From Ylistrum balloti (lineage: Eukaryota): a stretch of 64,000 nt of DNA. Shown one piece after another: positions 1 through 10,820 of this stretch. The translations under genes and the position numbers were made by a program. The notes below the pieces were generated by a model that made no database searches, had not been told where the DNA came from, and saw only the letters and a list, made by a program, of their open reading frames with translations. The first letter of the stretch is position 1, and each line of letters begins with the position of its first letter. The stretch is taken from NCBI RefSeq assembly GCF_031769215.1, contig NW_026781961.1:682001-746000 (forward strand), read 5' to 3'.

Positions 1-3000
1 ACACTTCCACTCCACCAGCCCAAATTACCACAGCACCAAGTCTGGGTAACGCTATCACACCGCTAGACCAAATTACCACAGCACCAAGTCTAGGTAACAC
101 TACCACACCACCAGACCAAATTACCACTCAATCAATTTTAGGTAACACTTCCACTCCACCAGACCAAATTACCACTGCTTCAAGTCTAGGTAACACTTCC
201 ACTCCACCAGACCAAACTACCACTCAATCAATTTTAGGTAACACTTCCACTCCACCAGACCAAATTACCAGTGCATCAAGTCTAGGTAACACTTCCACTC
301 CACCAGACCAAATTACCACTCAATCAATTTTAGGTAACGCTACCACACCACCAGACCAAATTACCACAGCACCAAGTCTGGGTAACACTACCACACCACC
401 AGACCAAATTACCACAGCACCAAGTCTGGGTAACACTACCACACCACCAGACCAAATTACCACAGCACCAAGTCTGGGTAACGCTACCACACCACCAGAC
501 CAAACTACCACAGCACCAAGTCTAGGTAACGCTACCACACAATCAGACCAAACTAACACAGCACCAAGTCTGGGTAACGCTACCACACCACCAGACCAAA
601 TTACCACAGCACCACGTCTAGGTAACGCTACCACACCACCAGACCAAATTACCACAGCACCAAGTCTGGGAAACGCTTCCACACCGCTAGAGCAAATTAC
701 CACAGCACCAAGTCTGGGTAACGCTACCACACCACCAGAACAAATTACGTCGCAATCAAGTCTGGGTAACGCTACCACACCACCAGACCAAATTACTACA
801 GCACCAAGTCTGGGTAACGCTACCACACCACCAGACCAAATTACCACAGCATCAAGTCTGAATAACGCTACCACACCACCAGACCAAATTACCACAGCAC
901 CAAGTCTGGGTAACACTACCACACCACCAGACCAAATTACCACAGCACCAAGTCTGGGTAACGCTACCACACCACCAGACCAAATTACCACAGCACCAAG
1001 TCTGGGTAACACTACCACACCACCAGACCAAATTACCACAGCACCAAGTCTGGGTAACGCTACCACACCACCAGACCAAACTACCACAGCACCAAGTCTG
1101 GGTAACGCTACCACACAATCAGACCAAACTACCACAGCACCAAATCTGGGTAACGCTACCACACCACCAGACCAAATTACCACAGCACCAAGTCTGGGAA
1201 ACGCTTCCACACCGCTAGAGCAAATTACCACAGCACCAAGTCTGGGTAACGCTACCTCACCACCAGAACAAATTACGTCGCAATCAAGTCTGGGTAACGC
1301 TACCACACCACCAGACCAAACTACCACAGCACCAAGTCTGGGTAACGCTACCACACCACCAGACCAAACTACCACAGCACCAAGTCTAGGTAACGCTACC
1401 ACACAATCAGACCAAACTACCACAGCAACAAGTCTATGTAACGCTACCACACCACCAGACCAAATTACCACACCACCAAGTCTGGGTAACGCTACCACAC
1501 CACCAGACCAAACTACCACACCACCAAGTCTGGGTAACGCTACCACACCACCAGACCAAATTACCACAGCACCAAATCTGGGTAACGCTACCACACCACC
1601 AGACCAAATTACCACAGCACCAAGTCTGGGAAACGCTTCCACACCGCTAGAGCAAATTACCACAGCACCAAGTCTGGGTAACGCTACCACACCACCAGAA
1701 CAAATTACGTCGCAATCAAGTCTGGGTAACGCTACCACACCACCAGACCAAACTACCACAGCACCAAGTCTGGGTAACGCTACCACACCACCAGACCAAA
1801 CTACCACAGCACCAAGTCTAGGTAACGCTACCACACAATCAGACCAAACTACCACAGCACCAAGTCTGGGTAACGCTACCACACCACCAGACCAAATTAC
1901 CACAGCACCAAGTCTGGGAAACGCTTCCACACCACCAGACCAAATTACCACAGCATCAAGTCTGAATAACGCTACCACACCACCAGACCAAATTACCACA
2001 GCACCAAGTCTGGGTAACACTACCACACCACCAGACCAAATTACCACAGCACCAAGTCTGGGTAACGCTACCACACCACCAGACCAAATTACCACAGCAC
2101 CAAGTCTGGGTAACCCTACCACACCACCAGACCAAATTACCACATCACCAATTCTGGGTAACGCTACCACACCACCAGACCAAACTACCACAGCACCAAG
2201 TCTGGGTAACGCTACCACACAATCAGACCAAACTACCACAGCACCAAATCTGGGTAACGCTACCACACCACCAGACCAAATTACCACAGCACCAAGTCTG
2301 GGAAACGCTTCCACACCGCTAGAGCAAATTACCACAGCACCAAGTCTGGGTAACGCTACCACACCACCAGAACAAATTACGTCGCAATCAAGTCTGGGTA
2401 ACGCTACCACACCACCAGACCAAACTACTACAGCACCAAGTCTGGGTAACGCTACCACACAATCAGACCAAATTACCACAGCACCAAGTCTGGGTAACGC
2501 TACCACACCACCAGAACAAATTACGTCGCAATCAAGTCTGGGTAACGCTACCACACCACCAGAACAAATTACGTCGCAATCAAGTCTGGGTAACGCTACC
2601 ACACCACCAGAACAAATTACTACAGCACCAAGTCTGGGTAACGCTACCACACCACCAGACCAAATTACCACAGCACCAAGTCTGGGTAACGCTACCACAC
2701 CACCAGACCAAATTACCACAGCACCAAGTCTGGGTAACACTACCACACCACCAGACCAAATTACCACAGCACCAAGTCTGGGTAACGCTACCACACCACC
2801 AGACCAAATTACCACAGCACCAAGTCTGGGTAACGCTACCACACCACCAGACCAAACTACCACAGCACCAAGTCTGGGTAACGCTACCACACCACCAGAC
2901 CAAATTACCACAGCACCAAGTCTGGGTAACACTACCACACCACCAGACCAAATTACCACAGCATCAAGTCTGAATAACGCTACCACACCACCAGACCAAA

Positions 3001-4030
3001 CTACCACAGCACCAAGTCTGGGTAACGCTACCACACAATCAGACCAAACTACCACAGCAACAAGTCTGGGTAACGCTACCACACCACCAGACCAAATTAC
3101 CACAGCACCAAGTCTGGGTAACACTACCACACCACCAGACCAAATTACCACAGCATCAAGTCTGAATAACGCTACCACACCACCAGACCAAACTACCACA
3201 GCACCAAGTCTGGGTAACACTACCACACCACCAGACCAAATTACCACAGCATCAAGTCTGAATAACGCTACCACACCACCAGACCAAATTACCACAGCAC
3301 CAAGTCTGGGTAACGCTACCACACCACCAGACCAAACTACCACAGCACCAAGTCTGGGTAACGCTACCACACCACCAGACCAAACTACCACAGCACCAAG
3401 TCTGGGTAACGCTACCACACCACCAGACCAAACTACCACAGCACCAAGTCTGGGTAACGCTACCACACCACCAGACCAAACTACCACAGCACCAAGTCTG
3501 GGTAACACTACCACACCACCAGACCAAATTAACACAGCATCAAGTCTGAATAACGCTACCACACCACCAGACCAAACTACCACAGCACCAAGTCTGGGTA
3601 ACGCTACCACACCACCAGACCAAACTACCACAGCACCAAGTCTGGGTAACGCTACCACACAATCAGACCAAACCACCAGTGCACCAAGTCTAGGTAACAC
3701 TACCACACCACCAGACCAAACTACCACTGAATCAAGTCTAGGAAACGCCACTTCTCTACCAGGCCAAACTACCACTGAATCAAGTCTAGGTAACGCTACC
3801 ACACTACCAGAACAAACTACCATTCCATCAAGTTTAGGTAACACTTCCACAAAAACATACCAAATAACCACCCCAGGTTACACTACAACTCCACAGGATC
3901 AAACTACCCTTCCTTCAAATTTAGGTAACGCTACCACACAACATGACCAATTTACCACACCACCAGGTCTGTTGACAAACCAAACTACCATTCCATCAGG
4001 CCTAGGTAACACTACTTTACCATCAGGTAG
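1..4030 (+). repeat. 48-bp coding tandem repeat (consensus peptide NATTPPDQITTAPSLG), ~77 clean units plus degenerate 3' copies
   Basis: Unit AACGCTACCACACCACCAGACCAAATTACCACAGCACCAAGTCTGGGT is repeated with no visible indels to ~3720 and degenerates to ~4030. Confidence 0.95.
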
Positions 4031-4316
4031 TGTTAACACCACGGCGACACCACACTTTGGTATGATGCATCACCAGGACAACACCGATATGGCGGTTGGC
4101 GGAGGTTCGAGCACTGCTGTAGGAGCTGTGGTTGGGTCTGTGGTTGCCCTGGTCATCATATGTGTATTGGCTGCTGTGATCCGTCGAGAGATAAGGAGGA
4201 GGAGGCGGGTCCGGAGCTTCGAAAATTTGCTTTACTACACGACACCTATGGAGACTGCCGCAAAGCCGAGGTTCGATTTTAGATTACTAACGACACGTAA
4301 CGGGTACACTACATAG
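3..4316 (+). CDS. Type-I transmembrane mucin-like glycoprotein, 5'-partial (start lies upstream of the window)
   Basis: Frame +3 is open from base 3 (TSTPPAQITTAPSLGNA...) through the repeat and joins track ORF 3972..4316. It encodes a T/P/S-rich 16-aa repeat, a hydrophobic helix AVGAVVGSVVALVIICVLAAVI (~4116-4181), a basic stop-transfer RREIRRRRR and a short tail ending TAG at 4314-4316. The track missed most of it because there is no start codon in the window. Confidence 0.85.
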   Translation, partial: TSTPPAQITTAPSLGNAITPLDQITTAPSLGNTTTPPDQITTQSILGNTSTPPDQITTASSLGNTSTPPDQTTTQSILGNTSTPPDQITSASSLGNTSTPPDQITTQSILGNATTPPDQITTAPSLGNTTTPPDQITTAPSLGNTTTPPDQITTAPSLGNATTPPDQTTTAPSLGNATTQSDQTNTAPSLGNATTPPDQITTAPRLGNATTPPDQITTAPSLGNASTPLEQITTAPSLGNATTPPEQITSQSSLGNATTPPDQITTAPSLGNATTPPDQITTASSLNNATTPPDQITTAPSLGNTTTPPDQITTAPSLGNATTPPDQITTAPSLGNTTTPPDQITTAPSLGNATTPPDQTTTAPSLGNATTQSDQTTTAPNLGNATTPPDQITTAPSLGNASTPLEQITTAPSLGNATSPPEQITSQSSLGNATTPPDQTTTAPSLGNATTPPDQTTTAPSLGNATTQSDQTTTATSLCNATTPPDQITTPPSLGNATTPPDQTTTPPSLGNATTPPDQITTAPNLGNATTPPDQITTAPSLGNASTPLEQITTAPSLGNATTPPEQITSQSSLGNATTPPDQTTTAPSLGNATTPPDQTTTAPSLGNATTQSDQTTTAPSLGNATTPPDQITTAPSLGNASTPPDQITTASSLNNATTPPDQITTAPSLGNTTTPPDQITTAPSLGNATTPPDQITTAPSLGNPTTPPDQITTSPILGNATTPPDQTTTAPSLGNATTQSDQTTTAPNLGNATTPPDQITTAPSLGNASTPLEQITTAPSLGNATTPPEQITSQSSLGNATTPPDQTTTAPSLGNATTQSDQITTAPSLGNATTPPEQITSQSSLGNATTPPEQITSQSSLGNATTPPEQITTAPSLGNATTPPDQITTAPSLGNATTPPDQITTAPSLGNTTTPPDQITTAPSLGNATTPPDQITTAPSLGNATTPPDQTTTAPSLGNATTPPDQITTAPSLGNTTTPPDQITTASSLNNATTPPDQTTTAPSLGNATTQSDQTTTATSLGNATTPPDQITTAPSLGNTTTPPDQITTASSLNNATTPPDQTTTAPSLGNTTTPPDQITTASSLNNATTPPDQITTAPSLGNATTPPDQTTTAPSLGNATTPPDQTTTAPSLGNATTPPDQTTTAPSLGNATTPPDQTTTAPSLGNTTTPPDQINTASSLNNATTPPDQTTTAPSLGNATTPPDQTTTAPSLGNATTQSDQTTSAPSLGNTTTPPDQTTTESSLGNATSLPGQTTTESSLGNATTLPEQTTIPSSLGNTSTKTYQITTPGYTTTPQDQTTLPSNLGNATTQHDQFTTPPGLLTNQTTIPSGLGNTTLPSGSVNTTATPHFGMMHHQDNTDMAVGGGSSTAVGAVVGSVVALVIICVLAAVIRREIRRRRRVRSFENLLYYTTPMETAAKPRFDFRLLTTRNGYTT

Positions 4317-7173
4317 TGTTTATGGACTGGAAGAATATTGTCTTTACATCGATGATGTAGTGACTGAAACCTACATATAGTAGAATATCCTTACGCACGC
4401 TCATTATAACTGTAGTGAAGCGCATTCCTGAATTATTGGGCTCGCAGACAGGAGAGACGGAAAAATTATTCCGAGAGATAATATGTCCCCCTTTTTTCCA
4501 ACATACAATGTATGTACAAGTATGGATGAAGCTGATGTATATTGTAAACTATCAAATTCCAAACTTCATTTGTACATTATTCATGGTTTTATTGGACTCA
4601 AATGCATTGAAGGCGGTAAAAACATTCCCGAAGGAAACATTTACCACAAGCCCCATCCCCATTTCCAGATATATTTACAAATATAGATGAAGCTATGTAT
4701 AAAGCGTGTTAAGCGTTAATGAGTGGTGAGTAAAAAATTTAATTTCGCATTGAAATAGCAAGGACTTTCAATTCGAAATTGACGCTCAACAAATATCTAT
4801 CTAACCAGTCTGTTTAGAATCTACAACTGTAAAATGATAAAAAAAATATTCCCAGTTTTTAAAATAAATATTTGAAAATTCTGACCTCGCTACAAGCAAC
4901 TGGACCAGATGATAAATGTGACGGACAAACTTTATGAAAAATTGAGCGAGTTTATAAAAGGGTTCCTGGTAGCAAACGTTACAGGACGTCCTTGACCTCA
5001 CGAGTGTTCAGTGCTTCTTCTGGGTGTCTTTTGTACATCGTAGAGATCTTCAGAGATGAATGAAAAAGTCATGATTTTTTTCTCAATAGAAATTCTAGCC
5101 ATTTCCAAGCAGATATACATAAGCTACCTTATAGTATACATTTCGTATATCATACATACGTCACTTCCTGATAGGACGATGTCCTCCGTGAACTTGTGAC
5201 TTATTTTACAAGTGACGTAGCAATTAACGATTTCCTATACATAAATTGGGATAGTTCTACAAAACTGTTTCATACTTAGATAAAATTACGTCAATCATTT
5301 TGCTACGATGAAAGAATAGCTGGTTTAACATTTTGTTCTGTGTGGTTTTAGATGTTAGGGGAACCTGTATTTTTACAGTCCTGTCAATAAAACAAAATTC
5401 ATGTGGAATGTTATATAAACCATAATTACCTAAACACGTGTTTCCTTATTTCAAAGACTTACCATACATACTTATGAATTCATTTTGTTTATCAGTTCAA
5501 ATTTTCATTCTATTTTTTCTGATTTTTTATTAGAAATTAGATGTTTTAGTTATCACACGGTATCCTCTACCTTACAACTACTTAATTAGCTTTTTCTAAA
5601 TACAGTTGATAAAGCAACATAAGACTAGGTATATGATATCGCTCCAATTTCAACTAGTCTTTCGAAATCCTTCGTTGAATCTCCACCCGATGTCAAGTAC
5701 CACGGAACATAACGCATTTAATATCAAAGCGACTGTAAACACTTGATGAAGCAAAGCTTTAAAACCATCTGTTCGTGATGTTTGTAAATACAGCTCGAAC
5801 GAATTAATCAGAAACTTGGCAGTCATTTATTATGCTAAAAAATAAATTCAGCAACACTAGAAAAAAAACACACACACAAACAAAAAAACAAAATATACAG
5901 ACAAAAAATTGCTGTAACGTCATGAATTTTCGTGTGGGATTTTTTTTATTGGTTTCGTTAGTACATCTAATCCAGGAATTCTTATATTCACGAACTGTAA
6001 AGATAAGTATATACACGTTGATCTTTTTATCCCAAAAATAGTGCCCACACAATAAAATTAAATCACAATATATGAACCCCGCGACCATAAATATCTAACC
6101 TAGATGCCACACGGCCTATCTGCGACTGTTGACGCCACGTGTCTGCAGCGCCGCCATCTTGGGAAGGTATTGCCGCTAGCACAAAGCCATAACTACACAA
6201 TGGGCCTCATGCTAGAAATCCCACTAAAAAAAAAGTGTAGCTCGGTCACTAGCCCACGTATCAACACAAATAATACTTCATTTTAAAGCTGGGAAAAAGT
6301 TCTATGCTGTAGTCATTTCAAAGTGGAGTTATCAGGAATCAAAATTAAAGAAAAAATAACGGAAATATTTAAAATGTAAAAATTATAAACAAAAAAAATA
6401 CTCATTTATTTTGCATAGGATAATTTTAACCATAGACATAAAATAACCCATCCCACCACCCCCCCCCCCTCCCAAAAAAAAAGAAGAAGAAAAAACCCCA
6501 ATAAAATAGAACAATTAAGAATTAAGAAATAAAAAGAGCATTAAATTCATCCTTTTTTAAATAGTAACAAATAACTTGATAGTGGCAATGAAAAAACTAT
6601 ATAGAAGCGACGATGTGGGTCTATGGACCTTGTCCCTGGACAGGTGTTCACCCCAAAATGAATTTATTTTTAATGGCTTTCATATCAAAGTGCAATTAAT
6701 TATATATCAGTGTCATTCATGCGACTGTCTTTGCTGGACCTCATTTCAAGAGGGATGGGGTAAGGAACAATAAACCCCAGGATTTACGCACTTATGTGTG
6801 AATACATGTTGCCACTCTATTAAAAGTTATATCAGCATGTAGAACACTGAATGCAAAGTACCACACAGCAGCTAACAGCCTCTGGCCACGAGATGCACTA
6901 ATTATGAATATATATAGTCACATGCAGTGCGACTGTGGGAGTCTTAGTAAAAACATGAAACTAAGAGACATTTTCATTCATATTTTAATACATAACAATA
7001 TGCAGGGTGAATCTACAAAATGACACGAGAAAATCAGGTGCACAATAAAAGTATTCCTTGATATTTATATGAGTAATGTATAAATAACATAATCCCACTG
7101 GCTACTTTCTTGAATTTTGGTGCATCAGGAATGCGGAGACCACAGCAAAACAATACAATCGGATCTCGCTTAC

Positions 7174-10100
7174 TAGACCGGGAGCCCACAGGGGTCAGCC
7201 TAGCTGGAAAGGTAACAAAATTTGTTGTGCACAGCAAGGATCTATATACTTGGGCAAACAAAGAAATGAAAGTCTGCCGGTCCCCTGCTGGTGGGTGTGG
7301 TCCTCTGGGGCAGGATAATACATGGAAAATTTGAGCTAGCTTAGCTTTCATGAGCAACAAAGATAAACAACTCAATATGTAATAAGCGTGATAAAGTGTA
7401 TAAGAAATGACCAATGGCAGAATTTTTTCGTAGTGGGGTACCCCTGCCAGAGCTCAAAAAAGGGCCCCCAAAAATCAAGCTAGCTCAGCTCATGGGGTAA
7501 CAACTTAAAACCAGCCTCAAATTTATCAGTGGGGCCCACTTTAACAGAAAAGAGCAGTGACAGACATTTTCACTGGTGGGGGTCTGAGCCAGACACCCCA
7601 AAGTACCACGCCCTACAGCTGAGCTAGCTCAGCTCATGGGGTAACAACTTAAAACTAGCCTAAAATTTATCAGTAGGGCCTACTTTAACAGAAAAGAGCA
7701 GTGACAGACATTTTCAGTGGTGGGGGAGGGTCCGAGCCGGATGCCCTCAAAATACCTTGCTGATAGAACCATTTTGTCATGCATGCATAACTTTTAAACC
7801 TTTTTATTTGCTCCAGTCCAATGGGTATATCAACACATTACCTAATATTGCATTGAATATCCTCTCAGGCTTACATCGTGAATAACTAATCCCAGAGGAT
7901 TTTTTTCCACCCAGAGTCAGTGAATCCATCATAGATACAATCCTAATTCAAAAGGTCATACAGATTTTCAAGAAAAAGTAATTAATGCCAGTTGTAGTGA
8001 TCAGAGAGATCCCGTTGCATAGGCCACAGCATGCAACAGCATGCGCTTTGTAGCTTCTCCAGACTAAATTTTAGGGAGAGTACGATAGGTGCATGTGGTC
8101 CTGGATGTTCATGTCCGTATTTTTTTCCAATTTCTTCTCCATCATCACTTGATTTCACGCAACAGAGTACATGTAACACAAGAGTCAGGTGAGTGACATT
8201 ACATTAGACTTGCTAAAGTTCACCAATTTGACTTTGTATTGAATTTTTAGCTCCTATTATCTGGTAAAAAAACTGGGATTATAGCCCTACGATCAGAGAC
8301 CACAGAATTAGCGTTGACCAGCCAGTCAAAAGAACGAAAGTTCAGAACTTCGCTGCTGAGAATGTAAAGAAGAAGGTCAAAGTACCAGCTCTGAAGAAAG
8401 CCATTACCAGTGCAGAGAGCCTGCGTGATGCTTTCATCATTCTGATAGTGGCTGTCGCAGAAGAAACAAGCGTAGACCTTCGCAAGGTCCTGTCCTTCCG
8501 GTCATCTCATATCCCCTGTCAATTGCACACTGTGATGGGTCACATGTGAAGACAGTCAAGGCAGCACTGCTCAACAAGCTGGAGTCCATGCAGACAGTTC
8601 TGTTTACAGAGAAAGACCTCTCACAGGGGTATGCACAGATCTTTGATGATGGACTGCTTCTCCACTCGACACTCCACGAATATTGGAGCATCATACGGAT
8701 CCATTGCTCGGTCAATCCTGTCTACTGTTTGTAAGGGGAGAGCCACAGAGGTGCACGTATGCCTTGCCAAATATGTCACAAATTCCATCAACACAATCAC
8801 AGGACCTGATCAGAAGATGCGGCAGAATGGTCAGAAACTCCTTGGGAATGGCAATTTCAAGGATGAGCTGGGAAAGTTTCTGTTGCATGAATGGGGAAAA
8901 GAGCACTACCGCAATATCTTTGGAGGGAAAACAGTTATTGTGTCATATGGAGGAGACTGCTACCAGTACATTCCTGATGACCAACAGCAAGTGATATGTG
9001 TCACCAAGCCAGCAAACCTGCAAGGAGACCATGAGGAAGCAGACACACTCATAGCCTTCCATGCTGCTAACGTTACAGCTGGACAGATAATCGTCAGAGC
9101 CTCTGACACAGACGTGTTGGTGATCCTCATAGGTGCTATTGGGAGTCAACGTCCAGAAGTGAGGTCACTGGCGAACATAATCTTAGACTGTGGGATGGGG
9201 AATACGAGGCGATTCATCAATGTCTCAAATATTGCTTAAGTCCTGGAAGAATGCCAGTCCGGATTATCAAGAGCACTCCCAGGGTTCCATGCCTTTACGG
9301 GATGCGATTTCACGTCTGCGTTCTACAGGTAAAGTAAAATTACTAGGCATTGCAAGTTCAAAAATTGAGAAATTAACATTTGGTTGGCCCTTCGTTCAGA
9401 GAACCAGGAACAATAGGACTGATCAGGAATTCGTATAACCACGTTTAAGCGTTTTATCTGTGTTGAATAGGTCCAAACATGAGACAATAGACTGAAATGT
9501 ACACGTATAATAATGTGCTTTACAACAGTACCCAAGGAGGAACCTTATAACCAACCCTCTATTTTCCTTTCAGGATAATCCGCTTGCCAACATCAAAAGG
9601 GTGGACTGTGCACTATTGCCACCAAGTCGCCCAACCCTCAAAATGAAGATACGCCGATCACAGTATGTTACAGCGATATGGAGCCAGGCAACCGAAGCTT
9701 CTCCTGGCAGCAGCTTGATACCATCAGATTATGGGTTGAACAACAAAGACAATATTCTACAACCTGCCTGGTATGAGGGACCTGCAGCCTGTTCAAAACA
9801 ACTAATGACGATTCCATGGAAGGGGACAGTGACAGTGATGAGACCATCATCACAGGTAGCGATGACATGGACTTAGACAAAGAAAATCCAGATGAGCTGG
9901 ATGAACTGATCGAGTCTGACGACGAGCCATGGAGTGAGGACTCCGATTCAGATCACGAAGATGACAGGGAGTAACATAATTCCTATTAAAATTGGAAGAT
10001 AACTGACGATTGCCATTCCCTCGTCCTCTGTTGAGAAGGTCACTGCTTATCTCTGAAAAAAATGGGCCCTTCTGATAAATAGGAAGTTGGTTTTAAGGAT

Positions 10101-10820
10101 AAACTAAAGTAAATCGCTATTTTGGAAAAATCCCGAAATCAGGCATGCCGGTGTAGCCAAACTGACAGATGTGAGCAACCAGTATACATTCAAACTGGGT
10201 CTATAACAAAACAGACATGAATGGTTTACTTAATTTGGACTGAATTTGTGTACTTTGGCCAAACTGACTGAATAAATTTATTTCTGCCACTTTCCAAAAA
10301 ATTCCAAAATAATGGTTCACTTTAGTTGATCCTTGAATTGTTACCCTATGAGCTGAGAGCCTAGCTTGGCTGTAGGGCGTGGTGTCTGGCTCGGACCCCC
10401 CACCACTGAAACTGTCTGTCAGTGGTCATTTCTGATAAAGTGGGCCCTACTGATAAATTTGAGGCTAGTTTTAAGTTGTTACCCCATGAGCTGAGCAAAC
10501 ATGATTTTTTGGGGCCCTTTTTTGAGCTCTGGCAGGGGTACCCCACTACGAAAAAATTCTGTCATTGGTCATTTCTAATACACTTTATCACGCTTATTAC
10601 ATATTGAGTTGTTTTTCTTTGTTACTCATGAAAGCTAAGCTAGCTCAAATTTTCCATGTATTATCCTGCCCCTGAGGACCACACCCACCAGCAGGGGACC
10701 GGCAGACTTTCATTTCTTTGTTTGCCCAAGTATATAGATCCTTGCTTTGCACAAAAAAATTTTGTTACCTTTCCAGCTAGGCTGACCCCTGTGGGCTCCT
10801 GCTCTGTACAGGCGATTCTA
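7174..10820 (+). mobile_element. Academ(X)-like DNA transposon, internally deleted, with ~450-bp terminal inverted repeats
   Basis: Long inverted repeats at ~7180-7645 and ~10340-10800 (e.g. GGAGCCCACAGGGGTCAGCCTAGCTGGAAAGGTAACAAAA vs TTTTGTTACCTTTCCAGCTAGGCTGACCCCTGTGGGCTCC) enclose a decayed XPG/FEN1-like ORF. The pairing of long TIRs with an XPG-like nuclease matches AcademX as recalled. Exact termini and TSD were not resolved. Confidence 0.65.
8330..9974 (+). pseudogene. Frameshifted XPG/FEN1-like nuclease region of an Academ-type transposon protein
   Basis: Fragments across frames read YPLSIAHCDGSHVKTVKAALLNKLE, DHEEADTLIAFHA, IIVRASDTDVLVIL, GFHAFTGCDFTSAFY, VDCALLPPSRPTLKMKIRRSQYVTAIW and DYG...LQPAWYEGP, followed by an acidic tail ending TAA at 9972-9974. 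EEADT, SDTDV and TGCD are XPG/H3TH-type acidic motifs. There are several frameshifts and stops, and no DDE domain was seen. Confidence 0.75.

Noticed and set aside
320-3871. 1183-aa minus-strand ORF (VVIWSGGVVALPRLGA repeats) and the CGSVTQTWC ORFs
   Set aside because: These are antisense shadows of the 48-bp repeat. The + frame continues into a TM helix, basic stop-transfer, stop and poly(A) signals, whereas the minus ORFs have no non-repetitive domain.
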